Shown in pieces: positions 28,323 through 39,257 of a DNA stretch of 64,000 nt. The notes under the pieces were generated by a model. It did no database searches. It was not told the DNA's origin and saw only the letters and a list, made by a program, of their open reading frames with translations. The stretch is from NCBI GenBank assembly GCA_963665775.2, contig CAXXTF010000002.1, positions 256,001 through 320,000 on the forward strand. The letters run 5' to 3'. Positions within the stretch are counted from its first letter, which is position 1. Each line of letters begins with the position of its first letter. This DNA comes from Dehalococcoidia bacterium (GTDB taxonomy: Bacteria > Chloroflexota > Dehalococcoidia > SM23-28-2 > RBG-16-64-32). The position numbers and the translations under genes were made by a program.

Positions 28323-29282
28323 CTACTCTTCCGCCCAGGAAGGTTGCTCCAGCCCGAACAGCTCAGCGGCGTTGCGGTACCACATCAGCTCCTTCTCCTC
28401 GTCGGTGAGCCCCAGTTCGTCGAAAATATCGACGAACCGCTCGACGTGCTCATGTATCTCGTCGGCCTGGCAGTCCGACCCGAACATCAGCTTCTCTAGC
28501 GGAATCTCCCTACCGATGAGCCCTCTCTCCACGGCGTGGCGCTCGATCGTCTCGCCGCCGGACATGTCGAAGTAGACCCAGCGCCGCCAGCGGGCGACCG
28601 AGGCCGACTCGTCGTAGTTGCCGGTGCCACCGAGGTGAGCGCCGATGATCTTCAAGCGTGGGAAGCGGTTGGCGATGGACTCCAGGTGAAAGGGGCGCAT
28701 GTAGGTCGCCGATATCTCCCGCGGACCGACGATACGCGGCGGTGTCGTACCCTCCGGTTGCGGCGGCCGTCCCTGTCGCTCCGCTTCCGCTGCCTCCGCT
28801 CGTGCCCGCTCGGCGTTGGCGTCCATCTCCCGCATTCGCCGAGCCATCTCCGGGTCGCGCCGGGGATGGCGGGCGAGAAGGTCGATGCCGCCGCCGAGGA
28901 TGCCACAGTGAAACAGGATGGGCATCTCCAACTCCTCGGCCGCCCGGTAGGTGGGGAAGAAGTCGCGATCGTCATACTCCTTGCGGGTGCCGATTATCTT
29001 GAGGCCGCGATATCCCATGCGGTTGAGCTCGTGAACGCGCTCGTACGACGTTTCCTGCGGATCGACGACGGCGTGGGGCACGAAGAGGTCTTCGTGCTTG
29101 GCCGCGATCTCGATGCACTGCTCGTGCGTGAGGCCGAAGCGGCCGCCGCAGAGCAGGCTGGCTTTCACCACATGGGTCTCCCGTAGCCGCTCCGCGAGAT
29201 GGTCGACATTGGCCTGTGGCACGGCGTCCGGCTGCTGGAAATTGCGGGGGAAATGAACGTGGATATCCCAGATTCTCAGCAT
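28323..29282 (-). CDS. Amidohydrolase family 2 protein
   Basis: DIHVH, ILFHCG, IIGAHLG, FGSD and NAAELF motifs. Confidence 0.88.
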   Translation of the reverse strand: MLRIWDIHVHFPRNFQQPDAVPQANVDHLAERLRETHVVKASLLCGGRFGLTHEQCIEIAAKHEDLFVPHAVVDPQETSYERVHELNRMGYRGLKIIGTRKEYDDRDFFPTYRAAEELEMPILFHCGILGGGIDLLARHPRRDPEMARRMREMDANAERARAEAAEAERQGRPPQPEGTTPPRIVGPREISATYMRPFHLESIANRFPRLKIIGAHLGGTGNYDESASVARWRRWVYFDMSGGETIERHAVERGLIGREIPLEKLMFGSDCQADEIHEHVERFVDIFDELGLTDEEKELMWYRNAAELFGLEQPSWAEE

Positions 29283-29390
29283 AGATCTCCTTGTATGAGC
29301 TTGGGGATGGCAACGCCCTATCCCCGACCTTGAGGGTTCGCGCCGCGGAGCTATTTGGGCCGGCGCTCAGGCGTCACTCGGCGGTCTCCC

Positions 29391-30371
29391 TCACTGCGCG
29401 GCCAGAATTCTCTTCCCTTGCTCCTTCACTAGCGGCGCGACCTTCTGGGCGACTAGCTCCAAAGTCCGCATGTCGGCCGGCGCTTGCACGCTGACAATGA
29501 AGTCGCTTACACCGAGCTTTACATAAGGCAACAACCGCTCCGCGCACTGCTCAGGCGTGCCGACCAGGGCGCGCTGACGAAACGCTTGCACGTCGGTGTT
29601 TTGCCTGGCGGCGAGACGCTGCGCCTCCTCCTTCACCTCGCCCTCCGTCTCTCGTACCAGCGCCTGGATGACCAGCGACTTCCGAATGTCAGCGGGGTCT
29701 CGCCCAACGTCTCGGCAGTGTCCCGCCAGGATATCTAGCTTCCTCTGGTAGGCGTCCGTGGGCAGGAAGAAGGTGTTCCAGCCATCGGCGGATTCAGCCA
29801 CGACCCGCAGTGTCAGCCGCTCGCCGGCGCCGCCGATCCATAGGGGAATGCGAGGCTGCTGAACAGGCTTCGGCTCGCAATGGGCATCCGTGATCGTGTA
29901 GTAGCGGCCCTGGAAGGTGGTTCGTTGATCTGTCCAGAGGCCCCTCAGGATCTTCGCTGCCTCCCCCAGCATGCGAATGCGGCGCCCGGCCGATGGGAAG
30001 GGGATGCCGTACTGATTGTGCTCCATCTCGTACCAGGCGGCGCCGACGCCCAACTCTAGGCGTCCGCCGGAAACGTGGTCGATCGTGGCCGCAACCTTGG
30101 CGAGGACGGCTGGGTTGCGGTACGTGCAGCCGACGACCAGGATGCCGCAGCGGATGCGTGTCGTGTGGGCCGCCATCGCTGAGAGAAGGGTGAGCCCCTC
30201 GAAGCAGGGGCCTTCGGGATCGGACCGCATGGGCAGGAAATGATCGAACACGGAGGCCCAGTCATAGCCCAGCTCCTCCGCCTGTCGCCATAGGCTCAGG
30301 TACTCGGCGAAGGTCGTGTTCTGCGGGCCGGAGTGGATGCCGAAGCGGATCTGCCCATCGAATATCTGCAC
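29391..30371 (-). CDS. LLM-class F420-dependent oxidoreductase
   Basis: FGIHSGPQ, VFDHF and SGGRLELGVGAAWYEMEH motifs; GTG start at 30371. Confidence 0.9.
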   Translation of the reverse strand: MQIFDGQIRFGIHSGPQNTTFAEYLSLWRQAEELGYDWASVFDHFLPMRSDPEGPCFEGLTLLSAMAAHTTRIRCGILVVGCTYRNPAVLAKVAATIDHVSGGRLELGVGAAWYEMEHNQYGIPFPSAGRRIRMLGEAAKILRGLWTDQRTTFQGRYYTITDAHCEPKPVQQPRIPLWIGGAGERLTLRVVAESADGWNTFFLPTDAYQRKLDILAGHCRDVGRDPADIRKSLVIQALVRETEGEVKEEAQRLAARQNTDVQAFRQRALVGTPEQCAERLLPYVKLGVSDFIVSVQAPADMRTLELVAQKVAPLVKEQGKRILAAQ

Positions 30372-30493
30372 GCTAAAGTGATACACGTCCGGATGGCATC
30401 CCGTCAAGTGGAGCGGGGTGCCAGGACCCCATCCGTATCCTTCGAGGCGGGCCGCCGATCCGCCCCTTAGTTTTGGGCGCTCCGGGTAGTCTG

Positions 30494-31696
30494 CTAGGCC
30501 GTTACCCGGCGCCCTGACCAGGGGCGGCGTCCTCCCCGACGCCCCTGGGCTCTCATCGTCGTGGCAGCCGGCGCCGCGATCGGCTCTCCGGTCGGGCTCA
30601 CCCGGGGTAGCCGCCGGCCCAGCTGTCGCTCTATCGCTTGCCACTTCGTCAGGTCGATGGCGCTCACCAGCGTAAAGGCTCGTCCGGACCGTCCCATCCG
30701 GCCGGTACGTCCTGCCCGGTGGGCAAACAGTTCGGCCGTGTCCGGCAACTCGTAGTTGATGACTCGTTCTATGTGGAGGATGTCCAGCCCCCGGGCTGCC
30801 ACGTTGGTCGCCACCAGTATCGAGGATCGGCCCGAACGGAAGCGCTCCAGCGCCTGCTCCCGCGCGGCCTGGCTTAGGTTGCCCTCCAGAACGGACACCA
30901 CGTAGCCCAGCCGTTGAAGTCGGTCGCCGAGCTTGCGAACGCCTCGCTTGGTCCGACCGAACACCAGAGTCGTCCCCTCCGCCGACTGGTTCAGCAGCTT
31001 CACGAGCACACTGAATTTGTCCTCTGAGTAGGCCTCGACCACGACGTGGTCGATGTCAGGCTCTGAGCCGTCCGTCTCCTCCGAGACCAGCACCTCCGGT
31101 TCCATCAGGTACCGCGCGCTGAGGCGCTCCACCCACTCCGGAATCGTCGCCGAGAACATCGACGTCTGTCGGCTCCTGGGGGTTAGTGAGAGGATGCGCT
31201 CCACGTCTGGAGCGAACCCCTTGTCCAACATCTCGTCCGCCTCATCGAGCACCAGAGTCCGTACACGTTCCAGCCGCAGCGTTCGGTGGCTCAGGTGGTC
31301 CAGGATGCGGCCTGGTGTGCCTACCACTACCTGAGCGCCGGCGGCCAGGGCTGACTCCTGTGGCCCGTACCCCACGCCGCCGTAGATCAGTGCCACCTTG
31401 ATCCTAGCCCCTCTGCCCAGGGCGCCCACCACCGCAGCCACCTGACGGGCCAGCTCTCGCGTCGGTGTCAGCACCAGGGCTTGCACCTGTCTAAGCTGAG
31501 GATCACAATGCTCGATGAGCGGGAGCGCGTAGGCCAGGGTCTTGCCCGAGCCCGTCTGCGCTTGGCCGATTAGATCACGGCCCTGTAGCAGCAGCGGGAT
31601 CGAGCGCTCCTGGATTGCCGTTGGCGTGTGAATGTCCATTTCGGCCAGCGCACGGCGGCTCGTATCACAAAGTTCAAAGTCATGGAAGGAGGACAA
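30494..31696 (-). CDS. DEAD-box RNA helicase
   Basis: Q motif, AQTGSGKT, PTRELA, TPGR, DEAD, SAT, ARGLD and HRAGRTGR. Confidence 0.95.
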   Translation of the reverse strand: MSSFHDFELCDTSRRALAEMDIHTPTAIQERSIPLLLQGRDLIGQAQTGSGKTLAYALPLIEHCDPQLRQVQALVLTPTRELARQVAAVVGALGRGARIKVALIYGGVGYGPQESALAAGAQVVVGTPGRILDHLSHRTLRLERVRTLVLDEADEMLDKGFAPDVERILSLTPRSRQTSMFSATIPEWVERLSARYLMEPEVLVSEETDGSEPDIDHVVVEAYSEDKFSVLVKLLNQSAEGTTLVFGRTKRGVRKLGDRLQRLGYVVSVLEGNLSQAAREQALERFRSGRSSILVATNVAARGLDILHIERVINYELPDTAELFAHRAGRTGRMGRSGRAFTLVSAIDLTKWQAIERQLGRRLPRVSPTGEPIAAPAATTMRAQGRRGGRRPWSGRRVTA

Positions 31697-31781
31697 GAGA
31701 TGCGTTCCTTTCGAGTGGGGGGAGAGGGTGACGTGTTAAAGGGAGAATTGGTTCAACAACCGTGGTAGTAAATGTATTAGG

Positions 31782-31811
31782 ATTATAACTGATCTACCCG
31801 CCCTTTGACAA
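31782..31811 (-). promoter_or_regulatory. Sigma70 promoter of the DEAD-box helicase
   Basis: TTGTCA-18-TATAAT on the minus strand in an AT-rich patch. Confidence 0.55.
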
Positions 31812-32019
31812 ATTCAAGCCCTACACACTCCTCGGTAGATGGCCTCGCTGCCGTCATAGCGCTCGGTTGGCATCGGTTCTCTGCCAGTCGATCTGCTTAC
31901 GGCATCGGCCGGGCAGCGCCGCGCTCCCAGCGCCGGCAGTATATCATCCGGCAAATTCGCCACGTCTTCTCGCAGGCCGGCTGTGTCGTGCAACATTGGA
32001 GCTACGGTATCTGATACTA

Positions 32020-33588
32020 CTACCGAGAGCGTGGGCTGCCCCAGCCACCGCCGCCGGGCGTTTCGATGGTGAGCTGGTCGCCGGGAAAGAGCTTGAGCTC
32101 AACCTTGGACGGCAACTCCACCGTCTCGCCGCTGGCGCGGCGGAGACGGCTGCGGCCGGGAGCGCCGTCGCTGCCGCCGGCCAGGCCCCAGGGGGGGCGC
32201 CGCTGACGGTCGGTGAGCAGGGTCACGGTCACGGGGGCGAGGAACTCCCAGGTGCGGACGATGCCGCTGCCGCCTCGATGGTCGCCGTCACCGCCCGATC
32301 CCTGGCGGATCGCGTACTGGACGATGCGGAAGGGGTAGGCCATCTCCAGCGCCTCGATCGGGGTGTTCAAGGTGTTCGTCATGTGTGTGTGGACCCCCGA
32401 GGCGCCATGGGTGCGGGGACCAGCGCCGGCGCCGCCGCCCACCGTCTCGTAGTAGGCGAAGGGGCGGCTGCGCTGAGGGTCCCAGCCGCCGATGATGACG
32501 TTGCTCATGGTGCCGGCGCTGGCGGCTGGGATGAGGTCCGGCAGGGCCTGGGCCAGAGCGCCCAGGACGGCGTCCACAATACGCTGGGAGGTCTCCACGT
32601 TGCCGGCGGCCACGGCGCGGGGAGGTCGCGGGTTGACCACGCTACCCTCGGGCATGGTAAGGGAGACGGGCCGGAAGCAGCCGTTGTTGCTGGGGACGGG
32701 CTCGTCCAAGAGGCAGCGAACGACGTAGTAGACGGCGGAGCGGGTGACGGCGGCCACAGCGTTGGCGGAGGAGAGGCGCTCGGCGGCGCTGCCGGTGAAG
32801 TCGCAGTGGAGGGAGTCGTTCTGCACGGAGAGACGCACGCGGATGGCCACCGGCTCGTCGCTGAGGCCGTCGTCATCGAGAGCGTCCTGAAAGGCGTAGT
32901 CGCCGTTGGGGATAGAGGCGATGGCGGCGCGGGTCATCCGCTCCGCATAGTCCATAAGGGCGTCCATCAGCCGCTGGGCGCGCCGAAGGCCGTAGCGCCC
33001 GACGATCTCGCGCAGCCGCTCCTCGCCCACCCGATGGGCCGCCGTCTGGGCATCCAGGTCGCCCCGGCGCTCCTCCGGGGTACGCATATTGCGCAGGAGG
33101 AGGTCGAGGACGGCGCGATTGAGGCGGCCGCGTTCGTACAGCTTGATGGGCGGGATGATGATCCCCTCCTGGAGCAGCTCCTCGGCCAGAGGCATGGAGC
33201 CGGGGGTCATGCCGCCGACGTCCGCCTGGTGGGCTCGGCTGGCGACGAACCCGACCAGCCGGCGACCTCTGAAGACGGGCGAAACCATGGTGATGTCCGG
33301 CAGGTGGGTGCCGCCGAGATAGGGGTCGTTGAGGATGACGACATCGTCGGGGGAGAACGGGGCGAGAGGCGCGGCGGCGGCGGGCATGGCGCCCAGGTGC
33401 ACGGGGATGTGGGCGGCCTGAGCCACCAGGCGGCCCTGGGGATCGAAGACGGCACAGGAGTAGTCGCGCCGCTCCTTGATGTTGGGAGAATGGGCGGTGC
33501 GCCCCAGGGTGACGCCCATCTCCTCGGCAACGGAGGCGAAGAGGGCGTTGGCGATAGTCAGCTCGGCGGGGTCGACGGCGGTAACCAT
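32020..33588 (-). CDS. Hydantoinase B/oxoprolinase family protein
   Basis: [32 protein letters not shown] and ETPGGGGWG motifs. Confidence 0.93.
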   Translation of the reverse strand: MVTAVDPAELTIANALFASVAEEMGVTLGRTAHSPNIKERRDYSCAVFDPQGRLVAQAAHIPVHLGAMPAAAAPLAPFSPDDVVILNDPYLGGTHLPDITMVSPVFRGRRLVGFVASRAHQADVGGMTPGSMPLAEELLQEGIIIPPIKLYERGRLNRAVLDLLLRNMRTPEERRGDLDAQTAAHRVGEERLREIVGRYGLRRAQRLMDALMDYAERMTRAAIASIPNGDYAFQDALDDDGLSDEPVAIRVRLSVQNDSLHCDFTGSAAERLSSANAVAAVTRSAVYYVVRCLLDEPVPSNNGCFRPVSLTMPEGSVVNPRPPRAVAAGNVETSQRIVDAVLGALAQALPDLIPAASAGTMSNVIIGGWDPQRSRPFAYYETVGGGAGAGPRTHGASGVHTHMTNTLNTPIEALEMAYPFRIVQYAIRQGSGGDGDHRGGSGIVRTWEFLAPVTVTLLTDRQRRPPWGLAGGSDGAPGRSRLRRASGETVELPSKVELKLFPGDQLTIETPGGGGWGSPRSR

Positions 33589-33589
33589 G

Positions 33590-34375
33590 TCAGAAGGGCG
33601 GCTCGATCTCGACCTGGTTAAAACGAGAGTACCCCAAGAGTACAGAACCCTCCTGACCACCGCTCTCGTGGGGAGGGACCGTGAGGGCTATCCGCCGGAT
33701 GAAAAGATCGTCGGGGGAGAGCCAGACGTCGATGGTGGCAGGGTTCTCGTCGTAGAAGCTGAGGGTCGGTTCCTGGTTCTCGAGGCTCTCCTCGAAGGTG
33801 CGGTCTCGGCAAGTGGGCTCGTCGTCGCCAACGGTGGGGACGGAGCACTCCTCGCCGAAGGAGGTGATACCGGCGGCGGTCAAGACGCGGCGCTGGTTCT
33901 CCAGGACGGCGCGGATAAGGGTGACAGAGCCCCTTAGGTGGATTGTGGTGGCGCCCTCCAGTTCCTCAGTGCCCAGGACCTTAACATCGCTGGCCATCTC
34001 CAGGGCGACGAGGGGCCACTGGGGAAGGTAGGATGGAGAGGGTCCCAGCACAATGAATGGGGGCGCCTCATCCTCCACCCAGTCGCCGCAGCCCTGATCG
34101 ACCGCCGTACACTGGCGGGAGAACGCCCTTTCGCCGACGATGATCGCCTCATAAACTCGATCGTCGCCGGCGAGGAGCGTGCGGTAGCGATCGGGGGTGG
34201 CGAACTCGACGATTATCGGTGCCGCTTCTGCTCCGATGCCCATCTCCAGCCGGTAGGAGGAAAGGCCGTTCATGGCTGTGAGGGCATCCTCCACCAGGGC
34301 CGGGGCATCGTCCTTTCCGCAGGAGGCGGTCAAGACGAGCAGGATAGCCGCCACTGCCGCCGCTATCGTCTTCAT
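33590..34375 (-). CDS. Lipoprotein, LppX/LprA-like fold (tentative)
   Basis: MKTIAAAVAAILLVLTASC lipobox; beta-rich body ending YSRFNQVEIEPP. Confidence 0.65.
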   Translation of the reverse strand: MKTIAAAVAAILLVLTASCGKDDAPALVEDALTAMNGLSSYRLEMGIGAEAAPIIVEFATPDRYRTLLAGDDRVYEAIIVGERAFSRQCTAVDQGCGDWVEDEAPPFIVLGPSPSYLPQWPLVALEMASDVKVLGTEELEGATTIHLRGSVTLIRAVLENQRRVLTAAGITSFGEECSVPTVGDDEPTCRDRTFEESLENQEPTLSFYDENPATIDVWLSPDDLFIRRIALTVPPHESGGQEGSVLLGYSRFNQVEIEPPF

Positions 34376-36372
34376 GCCTGGCTCCGTTCTAGCACCAGGT
34401 TCCCCCACTGATCGACGGTTCCCTGCCAGCCGGGCGGTACTGCCGTCGTCGCGTCCATCTGTACCACGACCGCCGGGCCCTTCAGTCGGAAGCCGGGCTG
34501 GAGGCGCGTGCGATCGTACACCGCCGTCCGCTGGGGGCCGTCGAACCACACCTCGCGTTGACCGAGGAGGGGATCACCCGCGGCGGCTGGTGGAGACGTG
34601 AGGGGGAGCGCCTGGGCGGGCAAGATGAGCTTCAGCCGGACGCTTACCACCTCGACAGGGCGGCTGGAATCGCTGTGGCCGTAACGCTCGTGGTGGGCGG
34701 TGTGGAAGCGGGAGAGGAAGTGGGCGGGCGAGAGGGAGTCGACGGGGACGGAGAGCTCGTAGGACTGGCCCACGTAGCGCATCTCCAGGTAGCGTTGCGA
34801 GACGAGGGGAGCGGTGGCGAATCCTTCGTCTCGAAGCTCCTCCTCGCCGCGGCGGCGCAGGTCGTCAAAGAGGGGATGGAGTGCACCCTGATCTGAGCCT
34901 TCGGATGCCGCCTCGGGGCCGATGGCCAGCCCGGCGGCGGCGGACAGCTCCTTGGCCACGGGTGCAATCGCCATGCCGAGGGCGGAGAGGACGCCGGGGT
35001 GAGGGGGGACGAGCACCCGGGGGATACGTAGGGATTGGGCCAGGTCGCAGGCGTGGAGCGGGCCGGCGCCGCCGAAGGCTACAAGGGTGAAGAGGTGGGG
35101 GTCGTGGCCGCGCTCTACGGAGACGACGCGGAGGGCGCGCTCCATGTTCGTGTTGGCGACGCGGAGGACGGCGTCGGCAGCGAGGCGCGGATCGTGGGCG
35201 AACGGCCCGGCCAGCGGTTCCAGCGCCTGCAGCGACAGCTCAGAGCGGATGGCCATCCGGCCGCCCAGGAAGTGCTCCGGCGCGATACGGCCCAGAGCCA
35301 CCTGGGCGTCGGTTACTGTGGGCTCGTCGCCGCGGCCGTAGCAGGCGGGTCCGGGATCGGCGCCCGCGCTCTCGGGGCCGACCCTGAGGGCACCACCCGC
35401 GTCGAGGCGGGCGATGGAGCCGCCGCCGGCACCCACGCTGAGGACGTCGACCGTCGCCCCCCGGATGGGCAGATCGCCCACCTGCGTCTCGTCGCGCTCA
35501 AGGATGCGGCCGGGGCAGAGGGAGACATCGGTGGACGTGCCGCCCATGTCGATAGTGATGATGCGGTCGAAGCCGGCCCTGCCGGTGAGGGCGAAGGCGC
35601 CGGCCACACCGGCGGCTGGGCCGGAGACAGCGGTGCGGACGGCGAGGCGGCCGGCCGCTGCCGGGCTGATGCTGCCTCCGTTGGACGCCATGACCCGCAG
35701 CTGCCCTACCCCTCGCCGCTGAAGCCCGTCCTGCAGTCGAGATAGGTAGCGGGCGATGATCGGGCCGACGTAGGCGTTAGCGACGGTAGTGCTGGTGCGC
35801 TCGTACTCGCGGTGCTCGGGCAGCACCTCATGCGAGGGCGAGACCGGCAACCCGCGACGGCGGGCCGCCTCGGCTACCAGACGCTCGTGCCCCGGGTTCA
35901 GGAAAGAGAAGAGGAAGCAGACGGCGAGGGACTCGACGCCCTGACCTTGGAGGCTATCCAGGAGTTGCTCCGCCTGGGCAGGGTCCAGGGGCTGGAGCAC
36001 TCGGCCCTCGTGGTCCAGCCGCTCGTCCGCTTCCAGGCGGAGGGCGTCGGGGATAAGGGGCGGTGGTCGCTCCGGCTCTAGATCGTACAGTCGGGGGCGG
36101 TTCTGCCGACCGATGACCAGCACGTCCCGGAAGCCGCGACTGTTGATCAGGGCGGTGCGAGCGCCCTTTCGCTCGATGATGGCGTTGGTGGCCACGGTGG
36201 AGCCGTGCACGACCTGCTCTGGGCGGACATCCATCTCGGCCAGGCCGTCGAGCACGCCGCGAGCGGGGTCATCTGAGGTCGAGGCACGTTTGTAGACGCG
36301 GAGGCGGTCGTCCTCGATGAGGAAGAAGTCGGTGAAAGTGCCACCGATATCGATTCCCAGGACAGAGGGCAT
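34372..36372 (-). CDS. Hydantoinase A/oxoprolinase family protein (ATP-binding)
   Basis: GIDIGGTFTD, HGSTVATN, SGPAAG, DMGGTSTD and GPESAGADPGPACYG motifs. Confidence 0.93.
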   Translation of the reverse strand: MPSVLGIDIGGTFTDFFLIEDDRLRVYKRASTSDDPARGVLDGLAEMDVRPEQVVHGSTVATNAIIERKGARTALINSRGFRDVLVIGRQNRPRLYDLEPERPPPLIPDALRLEADERLDHEGRVLQPLDPAQAEQLLDSLQGQGVESLAVCFLFSFLNPGHERLVAEAARRRGLPVSPSHEVLPEHREYERTSTTVANAYVGPIIARYLSRLQDGLQRRGVGQLRVMASNGGSISPAAAGRLAVRTAVSGPAAGVAGAFALTGRAGFDRIITIDMGGTSTDVSLCPGRILERDETQVGDLPIRGATVDVLSVGAGGGSIARLDAGGALRVGPESAGADPGPACYGRGDEPTVTDAQVALGRIAPEHFLGGRMAIRSELSLQALEPLAGPFAHDPRLAADAVLRVANTNMERALRVVSVERGHDPHLFTLVAFGGAGPLHACDLAQSLRIPRVLVPPHPGVLSALGMAIAPVAKELSAAAGLAIGPEAASEGSDQGALHPLFDDLRRRGEEELRDEGFATAPLVSQRYLEMRYVGQSYELSVPVDSLSPAHFLSRFHTAHHERYGHSDSSRPVEVVSVRLKLILPAQALPLTSPPAAAGDPLLGQREVWFDGPQRTAVYDRTRLQPGFRLKGPAVVVQMDATTAVPPGWQGTVDQWGNLVLERSQA

Positions 36373-36418
36373 GGTAAGGGCGATTATACGAGGTGAGCCG
36401 CAAGCGGCTCCCGCCGGA

Positions 36419-37420
36419 CTAACGCAGGTCCGCCAGCAACGCCTGGTTTCCCTCCCGGTTGGAGGCCAGGGAGATGTCCGCCAGGGCCGGGGGGCGCTCC
36501 GCCGAAACGCCCAGGTTCTCGTCCAGGGTCGGCTGGGACTCGTCGACAAGAAGGAGCCCGGTTACCTCGCGCCCCATGCCGCTGGCCGCCTCGATCAGGC
36601 GCAGGCCACTCATCGCCGCGTCGGGGCTGGTCGGGTCGTATTCCGCTGGGAGCTGTACCCTCTCATCGTCGGTGAGCACCTGATCTCTCATGTCGCGCCA
36701 GGCGTCCTGGATGTCCAGCACGTAGTTCTGTCGAAACCAATCCACGATGGGCCCGCTGCCCCGGAAGCCCGGCTCTCGATGGTAGGTCACGCAGGGGGAG
36801 AAGACGTCAAGCAGGGAGAAGCCGCGGGTGGAGATGGCCTGGTTCATGAGCTTGGTCAGATCCTTCTTGTTCCAGGAGACTCCCCTTGCTACGAAGGCGG
36901 CCCCAGCCGCTATCGCCAGGCGCAGCGGGTTCACGGGGCGGCCCTTCCTGCCCTCCGGTGTGGAGCCAGTCCGCAGCCCCACATGGGCCGTGGGCGACGC
37001 CTGCCCCTTGGTGAGACCATAGACCTGGTTGTTCATGACGATGAGGGTCATGTTGACGTTGCGGACGCAGGCGTGGACGAAGTGCTCCATACCGATCGCG
37101 TAGCTGTCGCCGTCTCCCCCAAAGTCCACGACAACCAGGCTGGGGTTTGCCATCGCCACCCCCATGGCCACGGGTATGGAGCGCCCGTGCTGACCGTGAT
37201 AGGAGTTGAGGCGGAGCATCTCCGGCTCCTTGCTGGAGCAGCCGATACCCGAGGCGATGAAGACGCTCTCTTTCGGTATCTCCAGGTCGTTGACGAGGGT
37301 GAGCATCGCCGTCTTGAATGCGGCCGTGACGCCGAAGTCGCCGCAGCCGCTACACCACCAGGCGCCCGGCCCCGTGATCTCCGCCTGGGTGATTGTCGGT
37401 GTTCCGGTGTCAACTGCCAT
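36419..37420 (-). CDS. korB: 2-oxoacid:ferredoxin oxidoreductase beta subunit
   Basis: WCSGCG, SGIGCS, HGR, GGDGD, NNQVYGLTKGQ and SPCVT motifs. Confidence 0.9.
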   Translation of the reverse strand: MAVDTGTPTITQAEITGPGAWWCSGCGDFGVTAAFKTAMLTLVNDLEIPKESVFIASGIGCSSKEPEMLRLNSYHGQHGRSIPVAMGVAMANPSLVVVDFGGDGDSYAIGMEHFVHACVRNVNMTLIVMNNQVYGLTKGQASPTAHVGLRTGSTPEGRKGRPVNPLRLAIAAGAAFVARGVSWNKKDLTKLMNQAISTRGFSLLDVFSPCVTYHREPGFRGSGPIVDWFRQNYVLDIQDAWRDMRDQVLTDDERVQLPAEYDPTSPDAAMSGLRLIEAASGMGREVTGLLLVDESQPTLDENLGVSAERPPALADISLASNREGNQALLADLR

Positions 37421-37421
37421 T

Positions 37422-39257
37422 TCAGGCTTCCTCCTTGACTTCGCCGATGACGTAGCCTGGGGTCATGACCTTCCCATCATAGCGCAGGATGGAACGGAGC
37501 TTCTGCGGCATGGGGCCGGTGGCCTCTCGCTGGATCAGGCCCCGGAGCTGCGCCCCGGCGGAGTACTCCACCACGTAAACCCGCTGGCACTGCCGCACGA
37601 AGCGCTGAACCTCTTGGACAGGGAACGGCCATAGGGTGCGAAGCTCCAGGAATCCGGCCGGCTGACCCCGCGATGTCAGTTGCTCTATCGCCTCCTGTAT
37701 CGGGCCGTAGACGGAGCCGTAGCCGATGAAGCCGATGGGCGCATCCGGCGGCCCAAAGTGACGGGGAGACGGCAGGTCCTGGTCATCGCGTATCTGCACC
37801 ATCCGCTGAATCACCCGCTTCTCCACCATCAGGGAGCGGACCGCCGCTTCTTCCGTTATGTACCCCTCTTCGGTGTGCTCATTCGTATTGGTGTAGACGG
37901 TTGTCACTCCGGGCGTACCGGGTTTCACCCGGGTTGAGATGCCGTCGTCCGTCAGCTCGTAGCGGCGGTATCGCTTGCCGTTCCCTCCGTAGGCGAGGGC
38001 TACGGCTTCCGCGTCGAGGAGCTTCCCCCGGTCGATCACTATCCGAGAGGGGTCAAGACGCGGGATAGTGTAGTTGGACTGCGAAAGCACCTGGTCCAGC
38101 AGGAGAAAGACGGGGCACTGGTAACGGTCTGCCAGGTTAAAGACCAACCCCATTGTGTAGAAGGCGTCTTCCGGTTCGCTCGCGGCCAGGACTATCCGGG
38201 CGATATCTCCGTGGCTGCCGAACACGACCTCGTTCAGCTCTTCCTGTCCCACGCGTGTAGGCAGGCCGGTTGCCGGCCCGCCGCGCTGGGAAACGACCAC
38301 AACCATGGGCGTCTCCGTCATTCCGGCGCCAGAGATCGCCTCTTGCATGAGGGAGAAGCCGGGGCCAGCCGTGGCCGTCATAGCCCGTGCGCCGGCAACG
38401 CTGGCGCCGATGACGTGGTGGGCCGCTGCCATCTCGCTGTCGGCCTGGATCACCACGCCGCCGAAGGCGGCGAGCTTCTCCGACATGTACTCCAGGATCT
38501 CAGACGCCGGGGTGATCGGGTAGCCGGCGTAGAAGCGGCAGCCGGACATAATGGAGGCCGCCCCTACCGCCTCGTTGCCCAGGAGGAGCTGGCGCTCGTC
38601 TTCCGCTTGGGGGACGAAGGGCAATCGCATGTCCGGAAGCTGCCAACCCTGCTCCTCGGCGTATCGCCTGCCGGCCGACAAGGCCCTCGCGTTCAGGGTC
38701 AGGAGCTCGCTCCCCTCCCCGAAAGTCTTGCTGAGCCGGTGGAGGAACGCCTCCTCCGGAATGTCCAGAAGGTGGCCTAGCACACCCAGAGCGATGCTGC
38801 CCCGCAAGATATAGCGCTGGAACTGCTCCTTCGCCATCTGGCCCATGGGCAGCCCGAAGGCCCGTATTCCCTTGTCCCGTACCAGGTCGGCGACCATGTC
38901 GGGCGAGATCTCGAAGCTGGCGTTAGGGTAGTCGAGGCGAGGAGAGGTGTCGTACAGAAGAACCCCACCGTCCCTTAGACGGGCGATCGGTGGGATCCGG
39001 CCCTCCCCGTTCAGATCGAAGAGCGCCCCGCGATCGAACGCCTCCAGGATGTCGAACTCATCATCGGACCCGTAGATGGGCTGGTCGGCGGCCCGTAGGC
39101 CGAAGGCGCTATCGCGGGTCTGGATGTTGGAGTAGACCTCCTCACGCCACATGAACACCCAGGCGCCTCGGTCCTTCAGGGTCTGCCCCAGAGTGAAGAT
39201 GTTCGTGTTTGTGCCGTCGCCGGCACGACCTGCTCCACATATTTGGACGGCGCGCAC
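37422..39257 (-). CDS. korA: 2-oxoacid:ferredoxin oxidoreductase alpha subunit
   Basis: GNEAV, AGYPITPAS, TATAGPGFSLM and QRGGPATGLPT motifs. Confidence 0.9.
   Translation of the reverse strand: MRAVQICGAGRAGDGTNTNIFTLGQTLKDRGAWVFMWREEVYSNIQTRDSAFGLRAADQPIYGSDDEFDILEAFDRGALFDLNGEGRIPPIARLRDGGVLLYDTSPRLDYPNASFEISPDMVADLVRDKGIRAFGLPMGQMAKEQFQRYILRGSIALGVLGHLLDIPEEAFLHRLSKTFGEGSELLTLNARALSAGRRYAEEQGWQLPDMRLPFVPQAEDERQLLLGNEAVGAASIMSGCRFYAGYPITPASEILEYMSEKLAAFGGVVIQADSEMAAAHHVIGASVAGARAMTATAGPGFSLMQEAISGAGMTETPMVVVVSQRGGPATGLPTRVGQEELNEVVFGSHGDIARIVLAASEPEDAFYTMGLVFNLADRYQCPVFLLLDQVLSQSNYTIPRLDPSRIVIDRGKLLDAEAVALAYGGNGKRYRRYELTDDGISTRVKPGTPGVTTVYTNTNEHTEEGYITEEAAVRSLMVEKRVIQRMVQIRDDQDLPSPRHFGPPDAPIGFIGYGSVYGPIQEAIEQLTSRGQPAGFLELRTLWPFPVQEVQRFVRQCQRVYVVEYSAGAQLRGLIQREATGPMPQKLRSILRYDGKVMTPGYVIGEVKEEA

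Noticed and set aside
31867-33621. Long plus-strand ORF of 584 aa, and similar ORFs at 36317-37438, 17569-18612 and 26451-27347
   Set aside because: Antisense shadows of well-supported genes in high-GC DNA, with no recognisable motifs.
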